64,000 nt of DNA from Flavobacteriales bacterium (GTDB taxonomy: Bacteria; Bacteroidota; Bacteroidia; Flavobacteriales_F; PHOS-HE28), in contig JADJCS010000020.1 in NCBI GenBank assembly GCA_016703105.1, forward strand, positions 112,529 to 176,528. The letters run 5' to 3'. The notes beneath the pieces were generated by a model. It was not told where the DNA came from. It saw nothing but the letters and a program-made list of their open reading frames with translations, and did no database searches. Shown one piece after another: positions 37,232 through 48,192 of the stretch (within the stretch, counting starts at the first letter, position 1; every line of letters begins with the position of its first letter). Position numbers and translations under genes: made by a program.

Positions 37232-40030
37232 ATGTACCGCCCCACCCACCTTCTGATACTGCCCGCCGCTGCGCTGGCTATCTCCTGTCCAGCTCAGCTT
37301 ACCATCGACAATACCCAATCAGCCAATGCGCTGGTACAGAACGTTCTTCTGGGCGGTGGGGTCACGGTCAGCAATATCACGTTCAATGGGATGTCCGGTG
37401 CCGCTGTTTATCCACAGCTCGCGGCATTCAACAGTGCAGGGGCCAACGTGGGTATTCCTAGCGGGGTAATGCTCAGCACGGGCGACGTTCAGGTCGCTTA
37501 TGGTCCGAACAACAATAGTGGAGCCGGAACTCCGGTGTTCCCGAGCGCCACGGATCCGGACCTGGCTTCTGTAGCCAACGTACCGATCAACGACGCCGCC
37601 GTGCTTGAGTTCGATTTCGTCCCTTCAGGGTCCCAGATCTCTTTCAACTTCGTTTTCGCTTCGGAAGAGTACTTAGAGTTCGTTGACCAGTTCAATGATG
37701 CGTTCGGTTTTTTCCTCAGCGGGCCCGGCATAAGTGGACCCTACACGAACGGTGCGGCCAACATCGCGCTCATCCCCGGCACCAGCACGCCCGTGAGCAT
37801 CAATACGTTGAACAATTTCGACTATCCTGCCTACTACGTTGACAATGGAGATGGGTTCACAGCGCCTTTCAACGGCAGTGCCGCTTATGTGCAGTTCGAC
37901 GGATTGACCGTTTCGATCGCCGCCAGTGCCACGGTCCAATGTGGCCAGACCTACCACATCAAGCTCGCTGTAGGCGATGCCGTGGATGATGCGGTTGATT
38001 CCGGGGTGTTCCTCCAGGCCAATGCGTTCAGCAGCCCGCAGATGGTGGTGAACACCACCCCCGACCTCAACCTGCCGTGCTCCGGAACTGTGGATCTGAG
38101 CATCTTGAATGTGAACGGAGGCATCGCTCCTTATGCCTACGAGTGGTCGTTCAATGGCAACGTGATCAGCACGAACCAGACGATCACGGTTCCCCAAGGT
38201 GGCCAGGGTACTTACACCGCTACCGTCACCGATGGTTGCGGTGCAATGGTGCAGGAGCAGGTGATCGTGGGTGCTCCTGTTAGCCCAGCCATGACGCTGG
38301 TTGTGACACCTGATCTGAACCTGCCCTGCGGCGGCACCGTGGATCTGGAGGTCATCAGCTTGACCGGTGGCACGGCCCCCTTCACGTATGAATGGACCTA
38401 CAACGGCAACGTGATCAGCAATGGGACCGCCATCACGGTCGCGAACAACGCGCCCGGCACATACACCATGACGGTGGACGATGGTTGTGGCGGAACTACG
38501 CAACAGAGCGTAGTGGTCGGTCCCGCAGTAACTCCGCCTATGACCCTGACCCTGACGCCAAACGTTGCCCTGAACTGCCAGGGTACAGCGGATCTGAGCG
38601 TGCTGAACGTGCTCGGAGGTACCGCCCCCTTCACCTACGAATGGACGCTGAACGGCAATGTCGTGGGGAATGGTACCACCATCAATGTGACCGCAGCTCA
38701 GCCGGGCACCTACACCATCACGGTATTGGATAACTGCGGAGGGTCTGAAAGTGGCACCATCGTGGTCAGTGTCCCGCCGCCACCGGCGTTGGTCCTTACC
38801 ACTACGCCCGATTTGGAACTGCCCTGCCAAGGCTCCGTGGACCTGAGCGTCTTGACCGTGAACAATGGCATCGCGCCCTACACATATGTGTGGACGCTCA
38901 ACGGGAACAATGCAGGGAACACCCAGACCATCACCGTAGCAGCAGGATCGCCTGGTTCCTACCAAGTAACGGTGCAGGACGCATGCGGAGGCACCGGCTC
39001 GGCTACGATCCAGGTTTCGCCCCCCAACATGCCCACGCTTACCGTGGTGGCCGATGATGTGGAGATCGCCTGTCTGGGTGGTCAGGTGCAACTTGTGGCT
39101 TCCGCGACGGGTGGAGATGGTCAATACAACTATGTATGGACGGACGGCAACGGCACGGACGTGGGCAATTCCGCCATCACGACCGTTATCGGCGCTGGTG
39201 ATGCCACCTACACCGTAACCGTGAACGACAATTGTGGCCAACAGACAACTACGCAGATGTACGTGAACGCGCCAGATCCTCTGACCTTGGATCTGCCCAA
39301 TAGTATGGCAGTGTGCGAGGGTGGTAGTGTGGTGGTGACGGCCGAAGGTCAAGGTGGCGGCAGTGACTATACCTACCTCTGGCAGCCTTCGGGAGAAGTT
39401 ACCGCGACGGTGAGCGTAAGCCCGATCGCCGACACGGTCCTTTCGGTGACCGTGACGGATGCCTGCGGTGCCTCGGTGGACGGCCAGGTGTTGGTATACA
39501 TCGAGATCCCGGTGGTCACTATCCATGTGACCGAGCAGGGTGGTGATGCCTTTGAGTTCAATGCCCAGTGCATCCCCGGTGCGGTGAGCTATGCCTGGAC
39601 CTTCAGTTCGGGCGGTGCCGATCTCGGTGCGCAAGTGCAGAACACCTTCGCCGATGGCGACCAGTTCTGGGCCACTGTCCTGGCCACCACACCGGCTGGT
39701 TGCACCGATGTGGATAGCGTTTTCCTCACCCCCGGCGCCCACCTCTACTTCCCCAATGCTTTCACCCCGGACGGCGATGGCATCAACGACCTCTTCGGGC
39801 CGGTCGGTTATGCACTAAAGACCGTGGAATTCAGCGTGTTCGACCGGTGGGGCGCAGAGGTGTTCACGGCCACGACCCCGGAACAATTGTGGGACGGACG
39901 CTTCCGGAACGGGCAGCCCGTACCGACCGGTGTGTATGTGTACAAGTTCCGCGCATCGGGCGAGCGGATGGCCAAGCACGAAGGCATCGGATCGGTCACG
40001 GTGCTGGGCCAGGAAACGGTGCAGAATTGA
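37232..40030 (+). CDS. T9SS type-B (gliding-motility CTD) surface protein: choice-of-anchor-L-like head + six SprB-like repeats
   Basis: Signal peptide. The head has [58 protein letters not shown] and YHIKLAVGDAVDDAVDSGVFL. Repeats follow. The C-terminus is [17 protein letters not shown]...FDRWG...GVYVYKF. Confidence 0.88.
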   Translation: MYRPTHLLILPAAALAISCPAQLTIDNTQSANALVQNVLLGGGVTVSNITFNGMSGAAVYPQLAAFNSAGANVGIPSGVMLSTGDVQVAYGPNNNSGAGTPVFPSATDPDLASVANVPINDAAVLEFDFVPSGSQISFNFVFASEEYLEFVDQFNDAFGFFLSGPGISGPYTNGAANIALIPGTSTPVSINTLNNFDYPAYYVDNGDGFTAPFNGSAAYVQFDGLTVSIAASATVQCGQTYHIKLAVGDAVDDAVDSGVFLQANAFSSPQMVVNTTPDLNLPCSGTVDLSILNVNGGIAPYAYEWSFNGNVISTNQTITVPQGGQGTYTATVTDGCGAMVQEQVIVGAPVSPAMTLVVTPDLNLPCGGTVDLEVISLTGGTAPFTYEWTYNGNVISNGTAITVANNAPGTYTMTVDDGCGGTTQQSVVVGPAVTPPMTLTLTPNVALNCQGTADLSVLNVLGGTAPFTYEWTLNGNVVGNGTTINVTAAQPGTYTITVLDNCGGSESGTIVVSVPPPPALVLTTTPDLELPCQGSVDLSVLTVNNGIAPYTYVWTLNGNNAGNTQTITVAAGSPGSYQVTVQDACGGTGSATIQVSPPNMPTLTVVADDVEIACLGGQVQLVASATGGDGQYNYVWTDGNGTDVGNSAITTVIGAGDATYTVTVNDNCGQQTTTQMYVNAPDPLTLDLPNSMAVCEGGSVVVTAEGQGGGSDYTYLWQPSGEVTATVSVSPIADTVLSVTVTDACGASVDGQVLVYIEIPVVTIHVTEQGGDAFEFNAQCIPGAVSYAWTFSSGGADLGAQVQNTFADGDQFWATVLATTPAGCTDVDSVFLTPGAHLYFPNAFTPDGDGINDLFGPVGYALKTVEFSVFDRWGAEVFTATTPEQLWDGRFRNGQPVPTGVYVYKFRASGERMAKHEGIGSVTVLGQETVQN
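38042..39511 (+). repeat. six tandem ~82-aa (about 245-nt) Cys-bracketed coding repeats (SprB-repeat-like)
   Basis: Each unit has the form ...P-C-x-G-x-V-D-L-x-V-x-x-V-x-G-G-x-A-P-Y/F-x-Y-x-W-x-x-N-G...G-T/S-Y-x-x-T-V-x-D-x-C-G... The copies are diverged at the nucleotide level. Confidence 0.8.
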
Positions 40031-40045
40031 TCCCATCACACTCCT

Positions 40046-40075
40046 GCGGAACGGCCTCTTCGGAGGCCGTTCCGC
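40046..40075 (+). terminator. perfect 13-bp hairpin with TTCG loop
   Basis: GCGGAACGGCCTC-TTCG-GAGGCCGTTCCGC, 16 nt after the stop of the first adhesin gene. Confidence 0.5.
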
Positions 40076-40156
40076 CTTCAGGCAACCCCAAATGGAACGG
40101 ATCAGTCATGCATACGGCCTGAACGTCTAATTTTCAGGTCGAAATCAGACCGGTCC

Positions 40157-42802
40157 ATGTGCTTCTTGTCCCGCCTTAGCCTTCTTGCCTTTTGTCTCAC
40201 TCCCGCCCTTGCGTGGTCGCAATTGGTGGTGAACACCACCCAGACCCCGAGCCAACTCGTTCAGAACGTGCTTTTAGGTGGTGGTGTGACAGCCTCCAAC
40301 ATCACCTTCAATGGGCAGCCGGGTAACATGGTCAACGAGCAGGCCGGGGATTTTGACAGCAACCTGGCGAACGTGGGCATCTCCGGCGGGGTGATCCTGG
40401 CGACCGGCAACGTTATGAACGCTGTTGGACCCAACAACAGTGGCAGCTCTTCGATGGGTGGGGGCAACTTCGGCTTCTCCGACCCCGACCTTGCGCTTTT
40501 GTCCGGTCAAGTGATCAATGATGCTGCTATTCTTGAGTTCGATTTTTTGGTGACCGGCGACAGCCTGAAGTTCAATTTCGTTTTCGCCTCAGAGGAGTAC
40601 TTGGAGTTCGTCAACAGCATCAACGACGCCTTCGGCTTCTTTCTGAGCGGACCCGGCATCAATGGACCTTTCAGCTTGAACGCCGAGAACATCGCATTGA
40701 TCCCTGGAACCACGGATCCCGTCACGATCAACACAGTGAACGATGTAGTTAATCCGGCTTTTTATGTGGACAATGGGGACGGCGCCACCGCACCGTTCAA
40801 CAGCAACCCCTTCTATGTCCAGTTCGATGGTCTGACAGTGTCGATGACCGCTGCTGCTGAAGTGATATGCGGTCAGACCTACCACATTAAGATCGTGGTG
40901 GGCGATGCCAGCGACACCGCTTGGGATAGTGCCGTCTTCCTGGAGGAAGGCAGTTTCGTGAGCACCGGCCAAGTGCTCCCCGACCTGGTCAGCGGAGTAT
41001 TGCTCAACGATAGTACCATGCTCGAAGGTTGTGGCCTTGTGGATTTCACTTTCTATCGTGTGGGTGATACCACCAATACCGACACGGTCAACCTGAACAT
41101 CATCGGCACAGCAACGCAAGGAGTGGACTTCACTCCGGCCTTCCCGAGCCAGCTGATCTATTATCCCGGTGATACCTCGATCACCTTCCTATTGAACGTG
41201 CCGATGGACGCCGATGGTCTGGAGTTCTTTACGATCCAAGTGCAACAGATGATCCAGTGTGCCGGGCAGCAGGTACAAACCGAGTTCAACTTCTACATCG
41301 ACTCGCCGCCTCCGCTCGCGGTCCAGGTCAGCAACGTTCAGAGCGATTGCAACTTGACGGAAGTGCTCGCACCGATCGTGGCCGGGGGTTCGGGCAACTA
41401 CATCTTCGATTGGAACACCGGGGAAACGACCCCGACCATCTCTGTTTCCCCGGGTCTAACCACGACCTACACGGTCACCGTAAGCGACACATGTGGTGTA
41501 GCCCCAGTGACGGTGGACATAGAAGTGGACGTACCCGTCTACGCACCGATCGTGCTTACTCTGACACCTGACACCGCGATCCCCTGCTTGGGTGACGCCG
41601 ACCTCAGTGTGCTGAACGTGGCCGGTGGCGATGGCACATTCTCGTACGAATGGACTTCTGGCGGTTCCGTTGTAGGCAACACGGCTACGGTGAACGTACC
41701 TGCAGGAGCGCCCACTTGGTATATGGCCACCGTGACGGATGGCTGCGGGTCCATCGGACAGGACAGCTTGCTCACGACAACGGCACCCTTGTCGGCCATC
41801 GAGATCGTGACCTCCGGAGATCCTACTGTGATCTGTGTGGGCGATACCATCGGCATCGGCATCAATTCCGTTACCGGGGGCAATGGAGTTTACACGTACA
41901 CTTGGCAGGATCCCAACGGCATCGTGATCGGTACAGGTACCACCGTGGATGTGCCCGTGCCCACCGATGCGGTATACACCTTCACGGTGCAGGATCAGTG
42001 CGGTTATAGTGGAACGGCGTTGGTGACGACATTCATCCCTCATCCCGAGCCGGTCCTTATCGACCTGACCCAGGATCAGGTGATCTGCTACGGAGAAACG
42101 ATCGAGCTGAACGCGCAAGTGACCGGTGGCTCTGGGATCTATACGATCGAATGGCCACAGCTCGCGTGGAGCGATCCCAAAGTGGACGTGACCCCGCTCG
42201 ATCCGACCACGTACACGGTGAACGTTTATGAGGAATGTGGTCTCTTCAGTACCGCCGAGGTCACTATCGATGTGGAGCCCACTACAGCGGACATCGTGGT
42301 AACCAACTTGGGTGTGGATGATTGGCAGTTCGATGCGGCCACCTATCCGGACCCCGAGTTCTACTTCTGGGACCTCGGGGATGGGACCAAGGTGAACACC
42401 CAGCAGGTCCGCCATAGCTACAACGATATGGAGGACCATTGGGTGCATCTGGAAATGGTGAGTGTGAACGGGTGTCGTGCGGAGGATTCACTGTTCGTAG
42501 TGCCTCCCGGTCAACTCTATTTCCCTAACGCGTTCACCCCCGATGGTGACGGCGTGAACGAGGTCTTTGGCCCGGTGAGCCACGCCATCACCGATTTTGA
42601 GATGAGCGTCTTCGATCGCTGGGGTGAGTTGATCTTCACCACCACTGCTGACCAGTACACCTGGGATGGTCGCGTGAACGGTGGAACACCTGCGCCGACC
42701 GGGGTGTACGTCTTCAAGTACCGGGCGGAGGGTCATTATTTCCCAAGCACGGAAGGCTATGGCCATGTGACGTTGATCAAGGGCACCATCGCCGACAATT
42801 GA
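40157..42802 (+). CDS. T9SS type-B surface protein paralogue: same head + Calx-beta-like module + four SprB-like repeats
   Basis: Signal [22 protein letters not shown]. The head is near-colinear with 37232.. and 42808.. The CTD is [17 protein letters not shown]...FDRWG...GVYVFKY. A 7/8 -7 box TAATTTTC lies at 40128-40135. Confidence 0.88.
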   Translation: MCFLSRLSLLAFCLTPALAWSQLVVNTTQTPSQLVQNVLLGGGVTASNITFNGQPGNMVNEQAGDFDSNLANVGISGGVILATGNVMNAVGPNNSGSSSMGGGNFGFSDPDLALLSGQVINDAAILEFDFLVTGDSLKFNFVFASEEYLEFVNSINDAFGFFLSGPGINGPFSLNAENIALIPGTTDPVTINTVNDVVNPAFYVDNGDGATAPFNSNPFYVQFDGLTVSMTAAAEVICGQTYHIKIVVGDASDTAWDSAVFLEEGSFVSTGQVLPDLVSGVLLNDSTMLEGCGLVDFTFYRVGDTTNTDTVNLNIIGTATQGVDFTPAFPSQLIYYPGDTSITFLLNVPMDADGLEFFTIQVQQMIQCAGQQVQTEFNFYIDSPPPLAVQVSNVQSDCNLTEVLAPIVAGGSGNYIFDWNTGETTPTISVSPGLTTTYTVTVSDTCGVAPVTVDIEVDVPVYAPIVLTLTPDTAIPCLGDADLSVLNVAGGDGTFSYEWTSGGSVVGNTATVNVPAGAPTWYMATVTDGCGSIGQDSLLTTTAPLSAIEIVTSGDPTVICVGDTIGIGINSVTGGNGVYTYTWQDPNGIVIGTGTTVDVPVPTDAVYTFTVQDQCGYSGTALVTTFIPHPEPVLIDLTQDQVICYGETIELNAQVTGGSGIYTIEWPQLAWSDPKVDVTPLDPTTYTVNVYEECGLFSTAEVTIDVEPTTADIVVTNLGVDDWQFDAATYPDPEFYFWDLGDGTKVNTQQVRHSYNDMEDHWVHLEMVSVNGCRAEDSLFVVPPGQLYFPNAFTPDGDGVNEVFGPVSHAITDFEMSVFDRWGELIFTTTADQYTWDGRVNGGTPAPTGVYVFKYRAEGHYFPSTEGYGHVTLIKGTIADN

Positions 42803-42807
42803 TCATT

Positions 42808-45003
42808 ATGCGTTCGACCCCACGGGCCACGCTGGCCTTCCTGGTGCTTTGCGCCGTAGCTCCCCTTCGCGCTCAACTCACGGTGGACAATACACTGACA
42901 CCTGAACAGTTGGTGCAGAACGTCTTGCTCGGAGGAGGTGTCACCGCGACCAACATCACTTTCAACGGACAGCCAGGTACCGTGCTGAACGAGCAGGCCG
43001 CAGGCTTCAACAGCGACCTCTCGAACGTCGGCATTCCCAATGGTGTCTTGCTCGCAACGGGGACCGCCGGGCTTGCGATCGGGCCGAACAACATGAGCGG
43101 GTTCACTTTGGGTGGTGGAAACCTCGGCTTCGGTGATCCGGATCTGGCGCTCTTGTCCGGTCAGGTGATCAACGATGCGGCCATCCTGGAGTTCGATTTC
43201 GTTGTGACCGGGGACAGTCTCAAGTTCAATTTCGTTTTCGCCTCGGAGGAGTACTTGGAGTTCGTGAACAGCATCAACGATGCCTTCGGCTTCTTTCTTA
43301 GTGGCCCAGGCATTTTCGGACCCTTCAGCAACAATGCGGAAAACATCGCATTGATCCCAGGTACCACCGATCCTGTCACGATCAACTCGGTGAACAACGT
43401 GTTGAACCCCGGCTTCTATGTGGACAATGGCGACGGCTTCACCCCACCCTTCGACACGGACCCTTTCTACATGCAGTTCGATGGCCGCACCGTGCCTATG
43501 ACAGCGCGTGCCCAGGTGATCTGTGGCGAGACGTACCACATCAAGTTGGTGGTGGGCGATGCGTCCGATGCGGTCCTGGACAGTGGTGTGTTCCTCGAAG
43601 GAGGCAGCTTCGTGAGCAATCCTTTTGTACCCGCCTTGGAGCCGGGACCAGGCGTGTTCGGCGACATCATCTACGAGAGTTGTTTTCCGATCACGCTCAA
43701 TTTCGTGCGGGTCGGTGACATCAGCCAGGCCGACACGGTCTACATGACCTACGGAGGCACCTCTACGCCCGGAGTGGACTACTCACCCGAGTTACCGGAC
43801 ACCTTGGCCTTCCTGCCCGGTGAAGGCAGTATCCCTGTCTTCATTACCGTACCCGTGGATGGTGATGGCGATGAGACGATCGAGATCACCATCCTGGTGG
43901 AGAGCGGATGCAACGGCCAGCCGCTCGAGGTCACTTACACCTTCTACATCCATAGCGCACCTCCGTTGGTGGTCAGTACGGTTGGTGCGTCCGCAGCGTG
44001 TGGAGAGGAGGTGGATCTCGCGGTACAGGTGAGCGGCGGTTTCGGGCTCTATGACTATCTCTGGAGCACTGGCGGTACCGACTCTACGATCACCATCAAC
44101 GTGTTGAACAGCGGTCCTATCACCGTTACTGTTACCGATACCTGCGGTTTCGCACCGGACAGCGCCACCGCCTTGATCGACCTGCTGCCCGCACCTCCTA
44201 TGTCTTTGTCCATTCTTGGGGACGACGACATGGTGGAGGGCTGCGATTCGCTGGTGCTGAACGTGGGAAGACCCATTGGCGCGACCGGTGATCTGCTCGT
44301 GCAACTGGCCTTGAGCGGTGCGACCACCAATGGAACGGACCATGATGCGATCCCGGCGCAGGTCACCATACCCAATGGCGATCCCGCATTGGGACTGCCG
44401 GTTCATGCTTTTGGTGATCAGACCTCTGAACCGGACGAAACCGCTACCGTTACGGCCTCCTATACGAACGTCTGCGCTCAGACCGTGACCGCGTCGGTGG
44501 ACTTCACCATCGTGGATGCCGATCCGATCGTCTTGATCGCGGACAATGTGTTCACCGAATGCTCGGAGGATAGTATTCCGCTGCTGGTGCAAGGCAGTGG
44601 AGGCAATGGCGGACTTACTTTCCAGTGGGGCGAAGGCACGCCGGGAAACTTGTTGTTCGTGGCCGGAGATACCGATGGCATGTATGTCTGCACCGCCACG
44701 GACGACTGCGGTGTGAGCGTTTCGATCACCGTGGAGGTGGACGTTGATTGTGAGATCCTGATCCCAAACGTGTTCAGTCCGAACAACGATGGCGCGAACG
44801 ATCGTTTCGAGATCGAAGGCATTCGCAGCAAGACCAACACGGTCCGCATTTTCAATCGCTGGGGCCAAATGGTCTTCGAGACCAGCAATTACAACAACCA
44901 GTGGGATGGCGATGATCTTCCGGACGGGACGTATTTCTATGAGGTCCTGGTGGAAGGAGTGACCGATGCGTACACCGGTCACCTTACGATCCTCAACAAC
45001 TGA
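42808..45003 (+). CDS. T9SS type-B surface protein paralogue: same head + Calx-beta-like modules + two SprB-like repeats
   Basis: [23 protein letters not shown] signal. The head is closest to that of gene 40157.. The CTD is [18 protein letters not shown]...FNRWG...GTYFYEV. The ATG lies 5 nt after the previous stop. The track's TTG 42799 is rejected. Confidence 0.88.
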   Translation: MRSTPRATLAFLVLCAVAPLRAQLTVDNTLTPEQLVQNVLLGGGVTATNITFNGQPGTVLNEQAAGFNSDLSNVGIPNGVLLATGTAGLAIGPNNMSGFTLGGGNLGFGDPDLALLSGQVINDAAILEFDFVVTGDSLKFNFVFASEEYLEFVNSINDAFGFFLSGPGIFGPFSNNAENIALIPGTTDPVTINSVNNVLNPGFYVDNGDGFTPPFDTDPFYMQFDGRTVPMTARAQVICGETYHIKLVVGDASDAVLDSGVFLEGGSFVSNPFVPALEPGPGVFGDIIYESCFPITLNFVRVGDISQADTVYMTYGGTSTPGVDYSPELPDTLAFLPGEGSIPVFITVPVDGDGDETIEITILVESGCNGQPLEVTYTFYIHSAPPLVVSTVGASAACGEEVDLAVQVSGGFGLYDYLWSTGGTDSTITINVLNSGPITVTVTDTCGFAPDSATALIDLLPAPPMSLSILGDDDMVEGCDSLVLNVGRPIGATGDLLVQLALSGATTNGTDHDAIPAQVTIPNGDPALGLPVHAFGDQTSEPDETATVTASYTNVCAQTVTASVDFTIVDADPIVLIADNVFTECSEDSIPLLVQGSGGNGGLTFQWGEGTPGNLLFVAGDTDGMYVCTATDDCGVSVSITVEVDVDCEILIPNVFSPNNDGANDRFEIEGIRSKTNTVRIFNRWGQMVFETSNYNNQWDGDDLPDGTYFYEVLVEGVTDAYTGHLTILNN

Positions 45004-46536
45004 TCACGCTGGTGTGATGAGCGCCGTGCCGGTCATTTCCGGCGGTTGCGGGAGGCCCATAAGGCGCAGCACAGTGGGCGCGACATCGGCGAGGACCCCA
45101 TCGCGCACATGCCAGGTGCGATCGTCCACGATCACTACGGGTACGGGGTTCATGCTGTGCGCGGTGTTCGGTGACCCGTCCGCGTTCAGCGCCTTGTCCG
45201 CGTTCCCGTGATCGGCTATGATCACGAAGGAATACCCCGCCCCGCGGCCTGCCTCCACCACCTGCCGTGCGCAGCGGTCCGTTACTTCCACAGCTTTGAT
45301 CACGGCTTCATAAACGCCGGTATGACCCACCATGTCGGGGTTCGCGAAATTGAGGCACACGAATTCCGGACCGCTGGTCTCTAGCGCTCGGGCTACGCGC
45401 TCCGCCAGTTCGGGCGCGCTCATCTCAGGCTGAAGATCGTACGTGGCCACTTTGGGACTGGCTACCAGGATCCGCTCTTCGCCTTTGAACGGAGCCTCCT
45501 TGCCACCGCTGAAGAAGAACGTCACATGCGGATATTTTTCCGTCTCCGCGGCCCTAAGCTGACTCAACCCGGCAGCACATACCACTTCACCCAGCGTGTT
45601 CGGCAGGTCGTCCTTGGTGAGCACCACATGTACGCTCCGGTACGTGGGGTCGTATTCGGTGAGCGTCACATAATGGAGCGCGAGCGGTTCCATGCCGAAC
45701 TCCGGAAAGGCTTGCTGTGTGAGCGCTTGCGTGATCTCGCGGCAACGATCCGTCCGGAAATTGTAGCAGATCACCACGTCGCCTTCGCGTATGGTGGCCT
45801 TCGGTGTACCGCGCTCGTTCACCACGATATGGGGTAGGATGAACTCATCCGTGGTCCCTGCATCGTAACTACGCTGATAGGCTTCCTCGGCATCCGTGAT
45901 CGCGGTTCCCTTGCCATGCACGAGCAGGTCGTACGCTTGCGCGATCCGGGCCCATCGCTTGTCGCGGTCCATTGCGTAGTAGCGGCCTACCACCGAAGCG
46001 ATCGAAACGGGCAGCCCGGCCACACCGGCCATGAATTCGCGCAAGTAGCCGAGGCCGCTGCGCGGATCCGCGTCGCGCCCATCGGTAAAAGCGTGAACGA
46101 ACACCTCGCGCACACCAGCACGAACGGCCATCGCGCAGAGCGCCTGGAGATGCGCCTGTGAGGAGTGTACACCGCCCTTGCTCAGCAGGCCGATGAAGTG
46201 CAGCCGCTTGTTGGAGGTCTTCGCTGCGGCGAACGCTTCTTGAAGCACCCGTTCTTTCTCCAACGACCCGTCAGCCACCGCACGATCCACGCGCAGCAGG
46301 TCCTGGTACACCACGCGCCCCGCGCCGATATTGAGGTGCCCTACTTCGCTGTTGCCCATCTGCCCCTCGGGCAGGCCCACATGGGTCCCATCGGTGCGGA
46401 GCCGTGCGTGCGGATGGGAGCGCATCAAGCTGTCCATGAACGGAGTGGCCGCTTGGGATACGGCATCGGGTCGATCACCGGCCCCAAGCCCCCAACCATC
46501 CAGGATGATGAGGGCGACCTTGCGTATCTGGGACAT
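45004..46536 (-). CDS. gpmI: 2,3-bisphosphoglycerate-independent phosphoglycerate mutase
   Basis: KVALIILDGWG, SEVGHLNIGAGR and ADHGNAD motifs, full length at 510 aa. Confidence 0.95.
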   Translation of the reverse strand: MSQIRKVALIILDGWGLGAGDRPDAVSQAATPFMDSLMRSHPHARLRTDGTHVGLPEGQMGNSEVGHLNIGAGRVVYQDLLRVDRAVADGSLEKERVLQEAFAAAKTSNKRLHFIGLLSKGGVHSSQAHLQALCAMAVRAGVREVFVHAFTDGRDADPRSGLGYLREFMAGVAGLPVSIASVVGRYYAMDRDKRWARIAQAYDLLVHGKGTAITDAEEAYQRSYDAGTTDEFILPHIVVNERGTPKATIREGDVVICYNFRTDRCREITQALTQQAFPEFGMEPLALHYVTLTEYDPTYRSVHVVLTKDDLPNTLGEVVCAAGLSQLRAAETEKYPHVTFFFSGGKEAPFKGEERILVASPKVATYDLQPEMSAPELAERVARALETSGPEFVCLNFANPDMVGHTGVYEAVIKAVEVTDRCARQVVEAGRGAGYSFVIIADHGNADKALNADGSPNTAHSMNPVPVVIVDDRTWHVRDGVLADVAPTVLRLMGLPQPPEMTGTALITPA

Positions 46537-47492
46537 CAGGGAAGAGGAAGAACGGCCGTGAAGATAGACCCCCTCGGCACGTTGGGCCGGTAGTACATAT
46601 CCCCTCCCATGCGGTGTGCGAGCCGCCGCGCTATGTAAAGCCCCAACCCGGTGCCCTTGGTGTTGCGCGTTTCCTCCTGTCCGCCCCGGTGGAACATGCG
46701 GAAGATGTGCGCTCGATCCGCCTCCCGCACTCCATCGCCCCGGTCGGTCACGCTCAATTCGGCGTGGCTTCCGCGTACGGCGAGGTCCACGCGTACTTCG
46801 GTTCCGTTCGGGGAGTATTTACCGGCGTTCTCCATCAAGTTCTCCAGGATCGAGCGGAGCGCGAGCGGTTCTACACAGAGTTCCAGCGTGGGGGGTAGGG
46901 CGAGGTCAACATGATGATGGAGGCAGGAACCACGCACCGCATGGTCCACGATCTCGCGCACCAAGGGCACCACATCCATTTTGCGCAGATCGAGCGGCAC
47001 CGCGCTCTCTTCCATGCGAGCGGCCATGAGCACGCGATCGGTGAGGGCGCTCAAGCGATCGAGGTCCCTCACCCCGCGCTCGATCAGTGTCTTGCGTTGA
47101 TCCGATCCCAGATCGGGCCGTAGCAGGGTTTGCAGTTGCAACTTCGCACCGGCCAGCGGCGTGCGCAGTTCGTGCGTAATGGCGAGCAGGAAGTTGCGCT
47201 GTGCCCGCGCCAGTTCAAGATCGCGGCGCACTGCGCGGTAGGTGAGCACCAACGCGGTGAGCAATAGCGCGAGGAACACAAAACCTTCACCCACGACCAT
47301 CCAGAACGTGCGTTCCACGCGATCCGCAGGCGTGCCAGGGAAGTCCGGCCGGAGGTTGAAGGCGGTGATCATAGCCTGCATCTCCTGGTCCTTGCGGATC
47401 AACAAGTAGGCCCACCAGAACGATTGAAGGATGATGTACACGGCCAATGTCCCGAACAGAAGCAAGGTGCGGCGGTGACTTCGGTTCTCCAT
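46536..47492 (-). CDS. sensor histidine kinase (two TM helices, HisKA, HATPase_c), no cognate regulator in window
   Basis: FLLAITHELRTPL H-box, NLMENAGKYS N-box and GTGLGLYIARR G-box. ATG 47492 is preferred. The first 128 codons of track ORF 46536..47876 run antisense into the HD gene. The stop shares one base with the gpmI ATG (TGATG). Confidence 0.85.
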   Translation of the reverse strand: MENRSHRRTLLLFGTLAVYIILQSFWWAYLLIRKDQEMQAMITAFNLRPDFPGTPADRVERTFWMVVGEGFVFLALLLTALVLTYRAVRRDLELARAQRNFLLAITHELRTPLAGAKLQLQTLLRPDLGSDQRKTLIERGVRDLDRLSALTDRVLMAARMEESAVPLDLRKMDVVPLVREIVDHAVRGSCLHHHVDLALPPTLELCVEPLALRSILENLMENAGKYSPNGTEVRVDLAVRGSHAELSVTDRGDGVREADRAHIFRMFHRGGQEETRNTKGTGLGLYIARRLAHRMGGDMYYRPNVPRGSIFTAVLPLP

Positions 47493-47552
47493 TCGGCACC
47501 AAGGTAAACGGGCCGCCTGCCAAAGCCTCCCTACATTGCCGGGCGCCGGGAC

Positions 47553-48152
47553 ATGGATCATCAAGGGGCGAAAGCGTTCATCCTGTTGAAGCTTCGTGAG
47601 GAGCTTCCTGCTAAGCGCACGTACCATTGTCTGGAGCACACCTTGGACGTCTATGCCTCGGTGATCGATATCGCTGAGAAAGAGCAGGTGACCGGCGAGG
47701 ACCTGGTGCTCCTCAAAACGGCGGCCCTTTTCCATGACGCGGGGTTCACCATGCGGGACCACGATCATGAGGAAGCCGGATGTCTCATCGCGCGCAATGA
47801 GCTGCCCCGGTTCGGGTTCACGCCAGAGCAAGTGGAACGTGTGACCGCGATGATCATGGCCACGCGTATTCCGCACAGGCCCAATGACCGCTTCGCCATG
47901 ATCCTCTGCGATGCCGATCTGGACTACCTGGGACGTGCCGATTTTCAGCGTGTGGGCGATACCCTCTTCCAGGAACTGAAGTCATACGGTGTGCTTTCCA
48001 CGGAACGGGAATGGGACACGGTCCAGGTCAGGTTCTTGGAGGAGCACCGGTTCTTCACCCGCACGAGCCAGCTCGTGCGGGACCCCTTGAAGCGAAGCCA
48101 TCTCGAGCAGCTCCGTGAAAGGCTGAATGAACTGGGTGGTGCCGGATCGTGA
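47553..48152 (+). CDS. HD-domain phosphohydrolase
   Basis: CLEHTLDVY...AALFHDAGF...CDADLDYLG, an H..HD..D pattern. Confidence 0.8.
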   Translation: MDHQGAKAFILLKLREELPAKRTYHCLEHTLDVYASVIDIAEKEQVTGEDLVLLKTAALFHDAGFTMRDHDHEEAGCLIARNELPRFGFTPEQVERVTAMIMATRIPHRPNDRFAMILCDADLDYLGRADFQRVGDTLFQELKSYGVLSTEREWDTVQVRFLEEHRFFTRTSQLVRDPLKRSHLEQLRERLNELGGAGS

Positions 48153-48162
48153 TCAACGGAAA

Positions 48163-48187
48163 GGGGCCGCACCTTTCGGTCGGCCCC
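48163..48187. terminator. hairpin between the HD gene and tRNA-Phe (possible bidirectional terminator)
   Basis: GGGGCCG-(11 nt)-CGGCCCC, a 7-bp GC stem lying between the two convergent 3' ends. Confidence 0.3.
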
Positions 48188-48192
48188 CGGGG

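Noticed and set aside
37673-39742. 689-aa minus-strand ORF. Similar long ORFs occur at 41456..42448(-) and 43792..44982(-).
   Set aside because: They run antisense to the adhesin genes, which have signal peptides, recognisable domains and T9SS CTDs. The minus-strand translations are Arg/Gly/His-rich with no motifs.
11753-40075. The hairpins at 11753-11772 and 40046-40075 share the outer core GCGGAAC...GTTCCGC. Could this be a REP-like element family?
   Set aside because: There are only two structured instances. The 7-mer also occurs inside coding regions, for example near 6370 and 26325, at roughly chance frequency for 64 kb.
46536-47876. N-terminal extensions of longest ORFs. Examples are the histidine kinase to 47876, 9142..9843, 8810..9427, 15028..16791, 17821.., 21102.., 29286.., 37166.., 32120..33082 and 61970..63019.
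   Set aside because: The extensions overlap neighbouring genes or promoters, often begin at GTG/TTG, and lack signal or TM logic. An internal ATG followed by a proper signal peptide or conserved N-terminus was chosen instead.
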